A stretch of 64,000 nt of DNA, taken from NCBI GenBank assembly GCA_951406725.2, contig OX597832.1, positions 18,910,001 to 18,974,000 of the forward strand, written 5' to 3'. The DNA comes from Octopus vulgaris (taxonomy: Eukaryota). Position 1 is the stretch's first letter. Each line of letters begins with the position of its first letter. The notes beneath the pieces are model-generated. The model worked only from the letters and a program-made list of their open reading frames with translations, made no database searches and was not told where the DNA came from. The position numbers and the translations under genes were made by a program. This document shows, in pieces, positions 40,831 through 54,586 of this stretch.

Positions 40831-41571
40831 AAACATTCCTAAAATTTAAATGTATATTTCGAATCAGAGTAGTAATTCTGTTTTATCTTTCTCACTCGCT
40901 CTTACATAATTCTTCTTTCTAAATATTTATGTCACTTGTTATATGACGGTGAATTGACAAAAATCTACATCATTATTTAGGAGAGTTAACTGTGAGATTA
41001 TTATGGCTGTTATGTCCATCTTCTTGAATAACCACATATAGCTCCCACCTTGACTACTTTCCTTGTTTAATGGATCTTTAATTCACGCTGTTCGGTTGTC
41101 ATGTTGTCTTTCCATGTTAAACGATCTGTCTTTCACAGCATACTCAAGGAACAGATTTCAAGACACGATAAATGTAGATTCTGGCACGTATCGTACGATT
41201 TCAAACTGGAATGGAATTCTGCTGTGGTTTATTTTCCTTTTCATCTATCCTGCTTTGATTGAAATAAAAATCAGGATATTATTTGGTTCATTTGAATCAA
41301 ATGTACTCATTCGCTTTACGTATTTGATCTTTCGACAAAGTTATTCAAAATCAATATATTCCCGCAATATCGATCTCATATCAGGTATAATTATCCAAAC
41401 GGTTTCATAAACCTACTCAATTCGTAAGCCGCGCTGCTTAATTTGTTTTGATCTTAAGTTTAAGATGTTCCGTGCTGTGATCACAATTTCTTGAGATTTA
41501 TCAAACTTATTCGTCAACCATATATATCTATATGGCCACCAAATTCACATGTCAGGTCAACCCTAATGCTT

Positions 41572-41725
41572 GCCTATTGGTATGTGGTTAAGAGACTGGT
41601 CAGCAAGTATGTGATTTCAGATTCAGCCGCACGGCGTGAGAATTGGCGTTTCATATTATTTACATCGGGGCTGACCAACTGTTATGTAGGTGTATTTGGC
41701 TTATGGCAAATCTGCCAAGTCCAGA
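41572..41725 (+). mobile_element. Diverged 5' half of a family B SINE
   Basis: ggtatgtggttaagagactg...tcagattcagccgcacggcgtg...tcggggctgaccaac...gcaaatctg parallels the family B head. Confidence 0.55.
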
Positions 41726-41826
41726 GCATATGTATGTATGTATGTATGTATGTATCTAAATATCTATCTATCTGTCTATCTATCTGTCTTTCTGTCTACT
41801 TATCTATCTATCATCCATCTACAGAT

Positions 41827-41888
<62 letters not shown>

Positions 41889-42060
41889 GAGTAAATGCGC
41901 TACGCAGTGTCTACGTATAATCACATTTGAGGTTAATTGAAATATGTTTGTCACATATATTTCAACAGCTATATGCTGTTACCGCGAAGACAAAGAATTC
42001 TCTCTTATGACGAAAAGGTATGAAAACACCCCCTTCGTTCAGTGTCGACTTCTCTCGGGA

Positions 42061-42107
42061 ATCTGAGTCATCGATGTTTCGAGTTTGTTAACTCTTGTCG
42101 ATCAGAT
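42061..42107 (-). ncRNA. Degenerate type-I hammerhead fold (second family)
   Basis: The RNA reads AUCUGA-UCGACAA-GAGUU-AACA-AACUC-GAAA-CAUCGAUG-AC-UCAGAU. Stems I and II are perfect and helix III is palindromic. The core and cleavage-site bases are mutated, so it is probably inactive. Confidence 0.55.
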
Positions 42108-42267
42108 GTACCAGAGGTTTATATATATATATAAATTAGGGCAAGCTAAAAAAATTCTAATGCCAACTATGCCGAAATTAGACACCCTGTTCATAACCAT
42201 ATAATTTTTCACAATACGCACGCTACTCGAAAAAAAGGTCGACAGAAATCTCTAAAAAATTCCATTA

Positions 42268-42310
42268 TTACCATATCGGACCGATTTTAGGGTTAGTTCG
42301 TCAGTGATAA
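42268..42310 (-). ncRNA. Degenerate type-I hammerhead fold (third family)
   Basis: The RNA reads UUAUCA-CUGACGA-ACUAACCCU-AAAA-UCGG-U-CCGA-UA-UGGUAA. It has an intact CUGACGA, a 6-bp stem I, helix III and a UA site. Stem II and G12 are damaged. Confidence 0.45.
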
Positions 42311-42526
42311 ATGTGGCAAAGAAATAAATGAGATACTTACTCATACCCATGGAAGAAGCAAAACTAAGTTATAAGCACAACTAAGTACCCCAAATAAATC
42401 CAAAGTCAAAATTCTGCGGCCCATTTGAGACACGTGCGATTTGAACTGAGGCGCTCACAGAGTGAGAGAATCCGGAAGTGAACACTATTAAAATTTATAT
42501 ATATATATATATATATATGCATGTAT

Positions 42527-42915
42527 AGCCGTAGACATGGCTGTGTGGTAAGCAGCTTGCTTACCAACTACATGGTTCCGGATTCAGTCCCACTGCGTGG
42601 CAACTTGGGAAAGTCATTTCTACTATAGTCATGGGCCTGCCAAAGCCTTGTGAGTGGATTTGATAGACGGAAACTGAAAGAAGCCTCTCGTATATATATA
42701 TATATATATATGTTTCTGAGTTTATCCCCCCCCCCATCACCGCTTGACAACATATGTTGGTGTGTTTATGTCCCTGTAACTTAGTGGTTCTGTAATAGAG
42801 ACCGATAGGATAAGTACTAGGCTAACAAAGTCCTGGGGTCAATTTGTTCGAATATAGGCGGTGCTCCAGCATGGGTGCAGTCAAATAACTGAAACAAATG
42901 AAATAATAAAAGAAT
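42527..42915 (+). mobile_element. SINE family B, full length
   Basis: tggctgtgtggtaag...ggttccggattcagtccc...ggcggtgctccagcatgg...actgaaacaa. Confidence 0.92.
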
Positions 42916-43363
42916 GAAAAAATTAAGTGACTAAATATTGAGAATGACTAACAAAAATTCTTTAATTTGACACTCCAGCATGGCCGCAAAAAATTGAATG
43001 AAGCCAATAGCAGGAAATATTGAATACAATAATTACTGATAATACTTTTGCAAATGTTATACAAAAGCTACGTCGAGCCGTATCCGTTTCTATAAATTGA
43101 CTTCCTTCGTTTTTACTTGATTCCATCTCAATTAAGACTGCTGCATGTGCTGCTGTAGGTGCTGATTCTTGCTGCTGCTGTTGATTTTGCTGCTGCAACT
43201 ACTTGATACGGTCATACCTTAAATATCTTGATTAATTTATGAAGGAATAAATATCTAGAAGTAGAGTGTTACCAGTCATATCATGTCTGATACTAGAAAT
43301 ATAATTTGGACAATTTGATTAGTTTCAGATAGCATGGCATACATAGACTAAATATAATTTATA

Positions 43364-44095
43364 TTAGGTCACCCCATATGTAATGAGGTTTTTCAATTAC
43401 ATGAAGTAAAAGTTGAAGGGCGCGGGATAAACTACCAGTATCATCTTGTTATAAAAGCAGGTAGTCATTTTACCTTGTCCTTATTCTTAGAGCTAGTTTT
43501 GAAGAGTCCACTTTGATTTAGCAGTTATTTTTTCAAAGCTCTAATGGTAGTGACAAAGGAGCACATTCGGCATATTTTGCTTTATGTATTCAACGGAAAG
43601 TGCATGGAATATTAATGAGGAATGTAGGGATAAGACAATAAGCATAAAACCAGTGTCACTGGTGGTTCCAGAAATTCCGAGCCGTCCTAGAAGATCTGTA
43701 GATCTTGACGAGGACGTCCTGCAAAACCTGGTAACTATTGAGAATCTAGCAGGGAAGCTTGTATTTGGTCATTCAACCATTCATCGATACACCTGCATGT
43801 GATCGGAAAGTTCAGCAAATTGGGACAAAGTTTTTCCTCACAAACTTTCCGAGTGAATGTGTGCTCTTCTTTGTCGTCACGTCTCGCGAATGAACGATTT
43901 TGGACCGAATAGTGAGAGATGACGAGAAATGGGGTCTCTATAAATATGTCAAGCGCCGGTGGCCGTGAATAGGGAAAGGAGAAACACTTGCATCCTAGGC
44001 TAAAGAAGTTTTTCACACACGTAAGGTGCTGTTATCTGTTTGGTGGGATATGAAACGTTTTGTCACTTTGAACTTTTAGACGCACACCAATAATA
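43364..44095 (+). mobile_element. Mariner transposon, 5' ~60%, decayed transposase
   Basis: MVVTKEHIRHILLYVF, WWFQKFR, GHSTIHR, PHKL, DRIVRDDEKW (first catalytic D) and HTRKVLLSVWWDMK. It starts TA-ttaggtc, a typical mariner TIR start, and is truncated at a SINE. Confidence 0.9.
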
Positions 44096-44109
44096 TCGAC
44101 ACCAGAGTT

Positions 44110-44460
44110 CATTTCGACAGGTCGTTCTTTTATTAACCCCGTAAGGATGAAAAAGGGAAGTCCAGCGCAGGAGAAATTGAACACAGAAAGTAACGACGAA
44201 CCAAATGCCGCTTAACAATTCTGCCAGGTCGCCATCTTCATGTGCTGTTACATATTGAGGTTAAGAAGTCGTCTTCACAACACAGCTAACAGCATTTCAT
44301 CTCTCTTTATATTCTGAGTTCACATTCTACAAATACCGACTTCGCCTCTTGCAGTTTCAGGTCCGATGAAACAAGTACCAGTTGATAATTGGGGGTTGAT
44401 TTAATGGACTGGCCCCTTCCACAAAATTTCAAGTCTTTTGCGTATAGTATGAGGTATTAT
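44110..44460. mobile_element. Two old family-A-related SINEs, head to head (minus ~44110-44240, plus ~44260-44460)
   Basis: ccccgtaaggatgaaaa...attctgccaggtcgcc on minus, and ttctgagttcacattct...aagtaccagttg...aaaatttcaagtcttttg on plus. Confidence 0.65.
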
Positions 44461-44983
44461 ATACTCAGGTTATTTTTAGTTATTTCTTTGGAAAAATTAA
44501 TAGCAGTTGTCTTCTGTATACGTACAAGGTAATTGTACAAGGCAATCCCTATCTAAATACAATAATGAATAAATAGAGGTGTAAATATTCTTTATTTGCT
44601 TTCTCCTAATCTGTACTCAAAATTCGTAACATATGTGTCAGTTTTACTATTATTCTTAGGATACATACTATTCTAAATTCACGAGTACGAATATAAAACA
44701 GAAATGTTATAGTTTCTGAAATATTATTCTAAAGCTGAGCTAAACTATTCAAAGATTTCAGAATTAATGAGATGCAGGTCGTCGAGTCTATCCGTTTCTT
44801 AAGTTAAAAGTGAATTTCAGATACAAATTATTAAAATGTCAGTTGTACCGGTGTGTCGTAAACAAAGTAGTGAAAAAAATGAGATAGTGATAATCATGAT
44901 ACGGCAATGTGCATTTGAAAGTAGATCAAGAAAATATATTGACTAAAAGGAATATGTATGTATATATGTATACATATATATAC

Positions 44984-45054
<71 letters not shown>

Positions 45055-45070
45055 TATATATTTTATATAT

Positions 45071-45112
<42 letters not shown>

Positions 45113-45134
45113 CATACACACACACACTCATATA

Positions 45135-45184
<50 letters not shown>

Positions 45185-45927
45185 ATGATACGGCAATGCA
45201 TTTGAATGTAGATCGAGAAAATATATTGACTAAAAGGAATATATATACATACATGTGTATTTACATACGTACAGACTTGCGTGCGTGCATCATGGAAATA
45301 CAAGCACATATGAGTCTTTGAAGGATTCTGCGTAAGGTAAGACAGATAAACAGCCAATATAGATGAAATGAAAATAAAGAAACAAGTTGACAAACAACAT
45401 AATTGGTAGACGCATTGATTGGTGTGCAGATAGATAGATAAATATATAAATAGATAGATAGATAGATATATAGATAAATAGAAGTAGAGTTTGATATAGA
45501 GAAAGATAAATATATGATAAAAATAAAGAAAGAAAATGGCGGTGAGTATGATAACATACCTACTTAAATATAACATATTTCCCCTCCACCACAATTCACC
45601 GCCACCACCATCGCATGTGCTCAGAAATAAAGATTAGAAATCACATCTATATGATAGAAAGTTCGAGGAGATAGCTGAGACAGTTTCAGCTGCCAGTGTT
45701 TATGCTCATGAAAGTCGAAAACGTAATATTTCGATGTACGGCTACACGTTCCAATGATTTCCATCAATCGGAGATCTATTGGCAGATAATGGTGACAGAT
45801 GTTTCGTATAAAACGGATACTCCCTAAAAATATAGCGACTAAATTGCATTACTATAATTGAAAAAAAAATCAAATCACTTGTATGTGTGTGTATAGTTAT
45901 ATATACATAGCCATGCAACGTATGTTT

Positions 45928-45982
<55 letters not shown>

Positions 45983-46487
45983 GTGATATAAATGTATGTG
46001 TATATGTAATGAAATATATATATATATATGTATGTATATGTATATGTAATATGATATATATGCATATATATATATATATATATATATACGTATGTGTATG
46101 GGCATGTGTGTTTAATATGATATATATAAACAGATGTATATGTATGTATACTAAATGCATACATACAAAATATATATATATATATAGTTGATGGATGGAT
46201 GTGTATTTGTTTCGTTGTGCTTTAGTGTGTATACGTTGATACAAAACCGCAAGATGTAGTAATTGCATGTATATATGACAAGACACGTTACAATGTTAAT
46301 ATTTCTATACGTGTCTTCATACACGTCAAAATGTCTGTGTATATCCCTCGACTCTATGTTTATCTCTCCCTTTATCTATCTATTTATGTATCTATCTTTG
46401 CATACATCCATCCACACACATATATACATATATCTTTAGGCATATATACATACATAATACATACATACGTACATATATAAATATATT

Positions 46488-46593
<106 letters not shown>

Positions 46594-46824
46594 CATACAT
46601 ACATATGAATACATAAGAAATTTTGTCAGTGGACAGATCGCGGTCTCAAAGCGACGAATATATTTTGGCATATTTAATTTTAAATTTTGAAGTGAATCTA
46701 ATGGTTTTTGTGTGTTTTAAATGGCTTATAAACACCTTCCAAGCTGCAATTGTTTTCATTCCATAGGAGGTTACTTGCTGTGCAAGTTCATCTCTCTCTC
46801 TATCTTTCTGTACAAACACACACG

Positions 46825-46893
<69 letters not shown>

Positions 46894-46924
46894 CTTCGCA
46901 CATAAATACATTCATTCTATATTC

Positions 46925-47162
46925 ATTTCTTTCTGTCAGTCATTTGATATCCGCCATGCTGGAGCCTTTAGTGGAACAAATCAGCTCCAGAACTTATTCT
47001 TTGGGAGCCTAGTACTTATTCTAACGGTATCAATTGTCGAACCGCTAGTTGAAGGGGACGTGAACACACCAACATTAGTTCTCAAGCGATGGTGGGGTAT
47101 AAACACTAACACAAACTTACACTCAGACGTGCACACACGCTCGTGCGCGCGCACACACCCAC

Positions 47163-47217
<55 letters not shown>

Positions 47218-47362
47218 GTGCTTCTTTCAGTTTCCGTCGACCAAACCCAATCACAAGGCTTTGGTTGACCCAAGGCTATAGTATAAGACACTTGCCCAAG
47301 GTGACACGCAGTGGGACTTAAAACCGGAACCATGTGGTTGGTAAGCAAGCAACTTACCACAC
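46925..47362 (-). mobile_element. SINE family B
   Basis: cagtcatttga..gccatgctggagc...gacacttgcccaaggtg...ccggaaccatgtggttggtaagcaagc. Confidence 0.9.
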
Positions 47363-47404
47363 GATAATTTTATATATATGTATCTACGTAAGTATGCAGG
47401 CAAG

Positions 47405-47670
47405 TAAGTATGTATGTATGTATGTATGTATGTATGTATGTATGTATGTGTATGCATGCATCTACGTATGTATGTATGTAGTTAGGTAGGTAGGTAGGTA
47501 GGTAGGTAGGTAGGTAGGTAGGTAGGTAGGTAGGTAGGTAGGTAGGTAGGTAAATAGGTAGGTATGTTTATATGTATGTATGTATGTATGTATGTAGGTA
47601 GGTAGGTAGGTAGGTAGGTAGGTAGGTAGGTAGTTAGGTAGATAAGTAGGTAGGTTGGTAGGTAGGTAGG
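47405..47670. repeat. Compound (TATG)n/(TAGG)n tetranucleotide microsatellite
   Basis: Directly visible. Confidence 0.97.
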
Positions 47671-48140
47671 GAGAAGTTTGTGACAAAACTTCACCATTTT
47701 CGTGCCTATGTCTGCGAATATCCCATGAAAATTTCTGCCCTTTTTATTTGCGAACAAGAAGCAATATCATGGTACAACCACTGGATTGCACTTGGTGGCC
47801 TAAAAGCCACCTGTTAAATACCACTGCCGTAATACTAATACAGGATTGAAGATATCAGTCAGCGATTTGATGAATGAAACAACGACAACCATGTAAAATT
47901 TGATGTTGAATCTATGAGAAATCTATCAGTGAAGAGCATTCTCATATTCAAAATTGAAGCCTCTGCTATAAATTCGAAACTAGAATAGCATGTCTCGCAT
48001 GTATACACACACACACACGCACACACACACACACACACATACACACCTCCTTCTCTTGCACTCTCCTGCCTTTGAAAGAACTTTTTCTTCACCCTTTCCC
48101 TCCCGGTCATTTCAATATGTGACCGCGTGTGTATCGTTGG

Positions 48141-48308
48141 CGATTATCTTTCTGCGTCTTCCCTTCTTTGGACTATTTCTTTTCGTTTATTTCTATATTT
48201 CTGACGAAGAGCTCCACTCGAAACGTAAAATCCTTCTTCTATCTTTCCTTTCCTGACCGTCCAATAACACCATACTTATTCCACGTCCTCGAATTGTTGT
48301 GTTTTCTC

Positions 48309-48313
<5 letters not shown>
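48141..48313 (+). mobile_element. ~180-bp hammerhead-bearing short element, copy 2 (more diverged)
   Basis: Reverse complement of 26635-26815 and 62890-63072; it ends in (AT)n. Confidence 0.75.
48197..48231 (+). ncRNA. Minimal type-I hammerhead ribozyme motif with a canonical core
   Basis: The RNA reads AUUU-CUGACGA-A-GAG-CUCCA-CUC-GAAA-C-GUA-AAAU, with canonical CUGANGA and GAAA, a GUA site, a 4-bp stem I and a loopless palindromic helix III (ACGU). Confidence 0.7.
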
Positions 48314-48356
<43 letters not shown>

Positions 48357-48357
48357 A

Positions 48358-48393
<36 letters not shown>

Positions 48394-48788
48394 TTATAAG
48401 TAAATATCTGCATGTGTGTGTGTCGAGTGTGTCTTGTATACGTATACATACATATATATATATATATATGTATGTATGTATATATATATTATATATATAT
48501 CTGCGATGGTTTTTGGTAAGCAGTGACGAGTTTTAAAATTATTTAAATAATAATAATATTTTATAAGCTTCAAGCATATAAGCGATCACTGTGTATTGAC
48601 TAGAGAAAATAGTGTAATATTGGGGCATATAAGCCTATGAAGGAAAAAGGTAGGGCTTTCGTGTGTAAGGATAGCGCTCTTCTCTCTAAAACAAAGACCA
48701 TGCATACGAAAACCCCACTTTTTACCGTCGAGGGCTTACAAGCACCAATTTTAGGCTACTTTCTTTAGGCTACTACACGGTAATAAAA

Positions 48789-48866
<78 letters not shown>

Positions 48867-48920
48867 CATCATCATCATCATTATTATTATCATTATTATT
48901 ATTATTAATATTATTATTAA

Positions 48921-48984
<64 letters not shown>

Positions 48985-49541
48985 GAGTGAGAGAGCAGTT
49001 CATGCCATCAAAGTGACACTGGGGTAAAATATACGAAGCCCAATATACCCATCATGACTACCCGTCTGATAAAGGTACACCAGGCACATGCATCACAACC
49101 ATATGTGCGCGACATGGTAATCTCATATCAAGATAAACAGCACATGACCTTGCAGGTGGGGCCCAGTTAGAATTTTCTTCAGGTTGAGTAGCCCATCCCG
49201 CTCAAATGGTCCCTGAATAAGGGTTGTTTAAGGATGTTGAAAGAACCACCCATGTTTCCAGAGGTGAACTATTCAAACCCCAAAGAATCCCTCTCAACAC
49301 ATGGCTATGATGCTCCCCCACTACTTCTGCTCGTGGTCAGAGATGCACATATCGTCAGCCACTAAGGGACATGCTCAACTGGTTACAGTCAAACAACTGA
49401 CAAGCAAATCTGTGGTATTGAGCAGAATATTTTCTGTAGCCCATCTTTTATACCAAGACAAAACAATGTACATGATAACACTTCCAATCAGTTAAGATCA
49501 GAAGCCATGAGAGCCACTGCCTGGTACTGCATCAGGGCATT
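48985..49541. mobile_element. ~555-bp non-coding element embedded in a (TTA)n tract
   Basis: A complex, GC-richer block with sharp edges and (TTA)n on both sides (48790-48984 and from 49669). It has no recognisable ORF or TIR. It is single-copy in this window and its orientation is unresolved. Confidence 0.65.
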
Positions 49542-49668
49542 TATACTGCATCAGGGCATTGGTACTGCATCAGGGCATTGGTACTGCATCAGGGCATTGG
49601 TACTGCATCAGGGCATTGGTACTGCATCAGGGCATTTATACTGCATCAGGGCATTTATACTGCATCAG
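49523..49668. repeat. 19-bp tandem repeat (GG/TA)TACTGCATCAGGGCATT, 7 full units and 1 partial
   Basis: Units start at 49523, 49542, 49561, 49580, 49599, 49618, 49637 and 49656. There are no spacers. Confidence 0.97.
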
Positions 49669-49971
49669 ATTATTATTATTATTATTATTATCTGCTTATA
49701 TATTCGTTATATACAACGTATTCAATATTGTCCAAAACTTATGTCAAGGGCATGGTGTTTGACCCATTCCTTGAACAATGCACTTCGCGAGAATATAAAC
49801 AGGTGATATGTGATTGTGGACAAAGCATTATTGTTGAGATGTGTAGGGTACACAGTCTCGTAGACAGCAATGCAACAGCATACACACACATACATAACCA
49901 TATGCACGTATAAGTGTATCTTGTGTTTGTGCGTTTCGTCGTGTGAGTGTATGATGAATTGTGTGTCTAGA

Positions 49972-50032
<61 letters not shown>

Positions 50033-50575
50033 AACAGAGAAAGAAAAATATAATATTCACGTTTATAAGTGGGTATATGTGTTAGTCATTAAGGCATCCG
50101 AAGTTATATGGAAATATTTTGATGGCATAAAAATGGCATATAGATGATATTAAGAGATAAAAGAGAACCTATGTGTTACACATATACATAGAGAAAGGGA
50201 AAACCAAAAGATAAATAAAAGGAAAGAACTAGTCGATGATGCTTAGGATTATATTCTGGAAAGGTCTACTTAATAAACAGAAACAAATTCACTAGTTGAA
50301 AAGAAAGAAGTAAAGGCACAGAAGAGAATCCATGGTGAGATGCGTATAAGTTCTTTGAAGCAATACATTAGAAAGATGCACCAGGTTCCCCGAGGGTAAG
50401 ATTCGAGTTCCATAATGGACTTCGAATATGAAAGAGGCACTTTTTTTTTGTTTGCTTGTATATTTATTTTTATTGTCATGACATTTTGCTACTCATCACT
50501 ATTGCAGTGTTTATTTATCTACCTGTGTTTCTCTATATGTGCTCGCGCCTGTTTATGTCTGTGTGTGTATGTCTG

Positions 50576-50613
<38 letters not shown>

Positions 50614-50809
50614 TGTATATATAAATATATACTTTTATTATATATATATATATATATATAATTTTAGATACATAGATATGTATGTGTGTGTATGTATGTG
50701 TGTCCATGTGAGTATGTATTCGTAAGTTGTTGTATTAATACGTGTGATTATGAGAGGAAAACGTTATATCTTCCCGTGCATATCTGAAGTCATCTCTCTC
50801 TACCCCCTC

Positions 50810-50851
<42 letters not shown>

Positions 50852-50866
50852 AATATATTCATATGC

Positions 50867-50926
<60 letters not shown>

Positions 50927-51092
50927 GAAAAATTATATCCATGAGCACATATATATATACACACACTCATATATAGGTATACATTTCTTTAATGCGCACA
51001 TAGTTTATGAAGTTAGAATACATCCATGTATGCGTAGGTACTTAGAACTATACACAGATACACATATAGATAAATGGATAGATAGATAGATG

Positions 51093-51153
<61 letters not shown>

Positions 51154-51892
51154 ATAGATATTTAAGTAGACATACATTTAAATAGATACATACAAAGGGA
51201 ATATCTATACGAACATATGAAAATAATGTATGTCACAAATGCTTGTGTTTACGCTTTCTTTTCTTCCATATTAGCATCCAAGAAACAAAATAAAACTACA
51301 CATATCCAGAAGAGTTTTACGGAGAGAAAATTTTGTAAAAAGGCGCAGTGACAGAGATAACGTGACAGATAAACAGAAGGAGAGAACTACAGAGAAACAT
51401 ACAAAATATAGAGAAAAAATATGGTGGATGTACACACAAATTCAAATACAAGCACACGTTTATACGAACGGAGACGCAGACGCAGAAAAAGATATCAAAT
51501 ATAAAATATAACTCGGCACACTGTGATAGATATAGACAAATGGATTATGAGACGCTGATATATAGTAGAAGATAGAGTGAGGGGCAAATAGATTCAAAAT
51601 GAAATAAAGAGAGAGATTATATATGTTAAGTGATAGCCAGTTCTAGATTAACAAAATTAGTCGTTGCGAGCAATGCCTTAATGTTATATCACAAAAGTAG
51701 AGATGAAAGGTATTTAAGTTGTCAAAATGTTGGTCGTTATCGTTACCACAAACTGTGCTAACGTACTGAGTGTCATTTGACTGGGGGTTACTGGTTCATT
51801 AACTGTTCCGCTAACGGAAGCTGTTCCTAAGTGGCATATCACAAATATTTAAAGAAATATGTATACATATATCTAGCTCTCTCTCTCTCTCT

Positions 51893-51943
<51 letters not shown>

Positions 51944-52203
51944 TCTTATTTGCATACATTCTTATTTGCATACAAATATATACATACGTATATATATATG
52001 AGTATGCGTGTGCGAATATGTGTATATATACATATATATATATATATTTATATGTTTATCATTACTTATGTTCCTAGTCAAGTTGTTCGACATATATTTA
52101 TGCAGAATTACACAAGCTGAAACATATTTACAAACATATAGGAAGATTCATGTTTGAATTCGACATTAACATACGAATAAAAATACACACATATATGCAT
52201 GCA

Positions 52204-52260
<57 letters not shown>

Positions 52261-52400
52261 GTGTGTGTGTACGTATCTATGTATGTATGTATGTATGTAT
52301 CAATATGAGTGCATATTATCTGTATATATATATATGCACGTCTTTCTTTTTCTCTATAAATGTATTCATGTATATTGATAAATATATACATATATGTGTG

Positions 52401-52485
<85 letters not shown>

Positions 52486-53799
52486 GAGAAAGAGATAGAG
52501 AGTTAGAGAGATTGATAGATAGATAGATATACATATATGTGTATGTGTATATAGGAAAATAAGTGTGTGTTTGTGTGTTTAGTGTACGTGTGTATATGTG
52601 TCTCGGTCTTTGCGTATATAAGTCTGCAATCTCCCCACCCCATGAACCAATTTGTAACTGCCAAAAAATCCGTCCACCTGTCAGCTCAGGTTTTACTGTC
52701 TTCCTCACATTCCTATACATTGCAACCTAATACTCCTTTCCGGACGTCAAGAGAGGAAATAATCATGACTATTAGCAAATACCTTATTTACCACTTCCTT
52801 CTATTCTACACACATCTCAGTTCAACTCACTGCGAAAGTTCTGTCATCAGACTTCTGAAAATACAAGGACAAGGGACAGATTATCTATGCAATATCTTCT
52901 ATCTTGCAGATAGTTCTAAATCTTAGATAGTTCTAAATCAAAGCTCTGCGGACTCTATCTATTTATAATATATCGAATATTTTAGCATCGTATGAACATT
53001 TTTTTAAACCATCAAAGAGAGTTATCGTGAAACACTTCTGAAATTTGCGAATAACTTTTATCTTGAAAACGTTGAAGTCGTATTCGAAATCTGCTTCAGC
53101 TTCGAAGATACTCTGTCGTAGAAGGCATCACCCATTTACTGGTGTATGATGGTTGTTGTATTAGCTGTGCTGCCACACCCAATGAGCGCCAAATTCAAGT
53201 AGTGGTATGGTATGAAAAACGTTTTCCATACAGATTTGAGATTAAACTAATGAGTAAGGTTATGTTTTAGAATGAATTTGCCATTTCCGATGAATGTGCA
53301 GAACACACCCAGTACTCCCGGAATACAAGACCTCTATACCCACTAAAAATAAGTAATCAATGAACAGAAAATCGTGGGGCCGTTTATAATCGACAGTGAA
53401 CATACTATATACATGGAATTACACACACGTACATATATATCTATATATATATATATATGAGTTTAAAATACCAGAAAACAAAAAGCCATGAATTACTATG
53501 CTATTTCTCAAGGCATGGGAAGTTGTTTCTTGTTTCGTTCTTAGGAACGACAACAGCAGCAGCAGCGACAACAGCAACAGTAGCATCAGCAGCTGAAGCA
53601 GCAACGTCAACGTCAACAACAGCAGTAACAATAGAATTCAAATGTTCACTTGGGATAACAAAATAATGGAATAAAGAAGAGAAACTGGTCAGATATGCTG
53701 ATTTGAGGTGGGAAATAAAATGACTGTTGATTGCTGAAGAGGAGCGTCATAATTTTTGCTGCAGATTTTGGTAATATTAGTTCCAAGCTCTGAAATTGA

Positions 53800-54055
53800 A
53801 CTGAAAATGCCATGATACCAATAGTAATAGGTGCCATTGAATGTATCAGCACTCAACTACCAACATGGCTGAAAAACATTGGTGCAAGTGTGAATGTAGA
53901 ACACCAACGAAAATCAGTACTGCTTGGAGATGTAAGGATTCTTCGCAGGGTTCTTCAAGCATGGCTTGTAAAAAAGTGTCACCTTAGTCTCATGATTGTG
54001 GACAGCTGATACTTTCCCTCAAACCCAGTAAGATATGCCGTGACTCGAAGTCACA
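53800..54055 (+). mobile_element. R4/Dong-clade 3' end (RLE C-terminus)
   Basis: IPIVIGAIECISTQLPTWLKNIGASVNVEHQRKSVLLGDVRILRRVL resembles VPIVIGALG...LQKxxLLGTARILRxVL. Confidence 0.85.
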
Positions 54056-54361
54056 AATTAGAGTAGGCGACAAAACCGTCAAACACAATGGTTGTAATTC
54101 AGATGTTTCTATCAACCTCAATGCTCGATCTTACGTTAGCATTCATACTCTATCTGAAGCTAGATCTAATGCTCTGTTTTCTCAGCTCCTTCCGACAGTT
54201 TTCTGTTAACAATTTTTCCCTCCTTCACAGCTAGTCCAAAACGTGTGAAAAATTCAAATATATTTAAGGACTATTTTACACGAAGTAGATTATAAATAAT
54301 TGGCATTCTTGTGGAATTGGTTGAATGCTTCAAAGTGATTTACGGTGTTTAGATATCTCTC

Positions 54362-54586
54362 CTTATTCTTATGGTACCAATTCACCTGAGACGACCCTTG
54401 GATCTATAATGCAAATTTCCTGTCATTTAAAGCTAGTCATTTAAATTCTCCCATGAAAATTTCATGTCATATTAAGTTCCAAACACCAATATAAAAAAGG
54501 CCAAGTTACAAATTCTTCATTATTTTCAAATTTAATTGAAACAAAAGCACTGTACTTCAACCGAAATATCGTAACGAAAAAGTTAA
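54362..54586. mobile_element. Possible piggyBac-type MITE, diverged
   Basis: The right end gtaacgaaaaagttaa resembles a ...GGG-TTAA terminus. The left end is degenerate. Recognition is partly from memory of octopus repeats. Confidence 0.3.

Noticed and set aside
41063-41410. 115-aa non-repetitive ORF
   Set aside because: It starts at TTG and has no recognisable motif. It is probably chance or the antisense of a decayed retroelement.
47480-47670. (TAGG)n as interstitial telomeric repeat
   Set aside because: The unit is 4 bp, not TTAGGG or TTAGG, so it is an ordinary tetranucleotide microsatellite.
49523-49668. 19-bp repeats as a CRISPR array
   Set aside because: The units are head to tail with no unique spacers, there are no cas genes, and the context is eukaryotic.
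50281-50400. Possible small exon (cag acceptor, gtaaga donor)
   Set aside because: The acceptor lacks a polypyrimidine tract, the peptide is unrecognised, and there are no partner exons.
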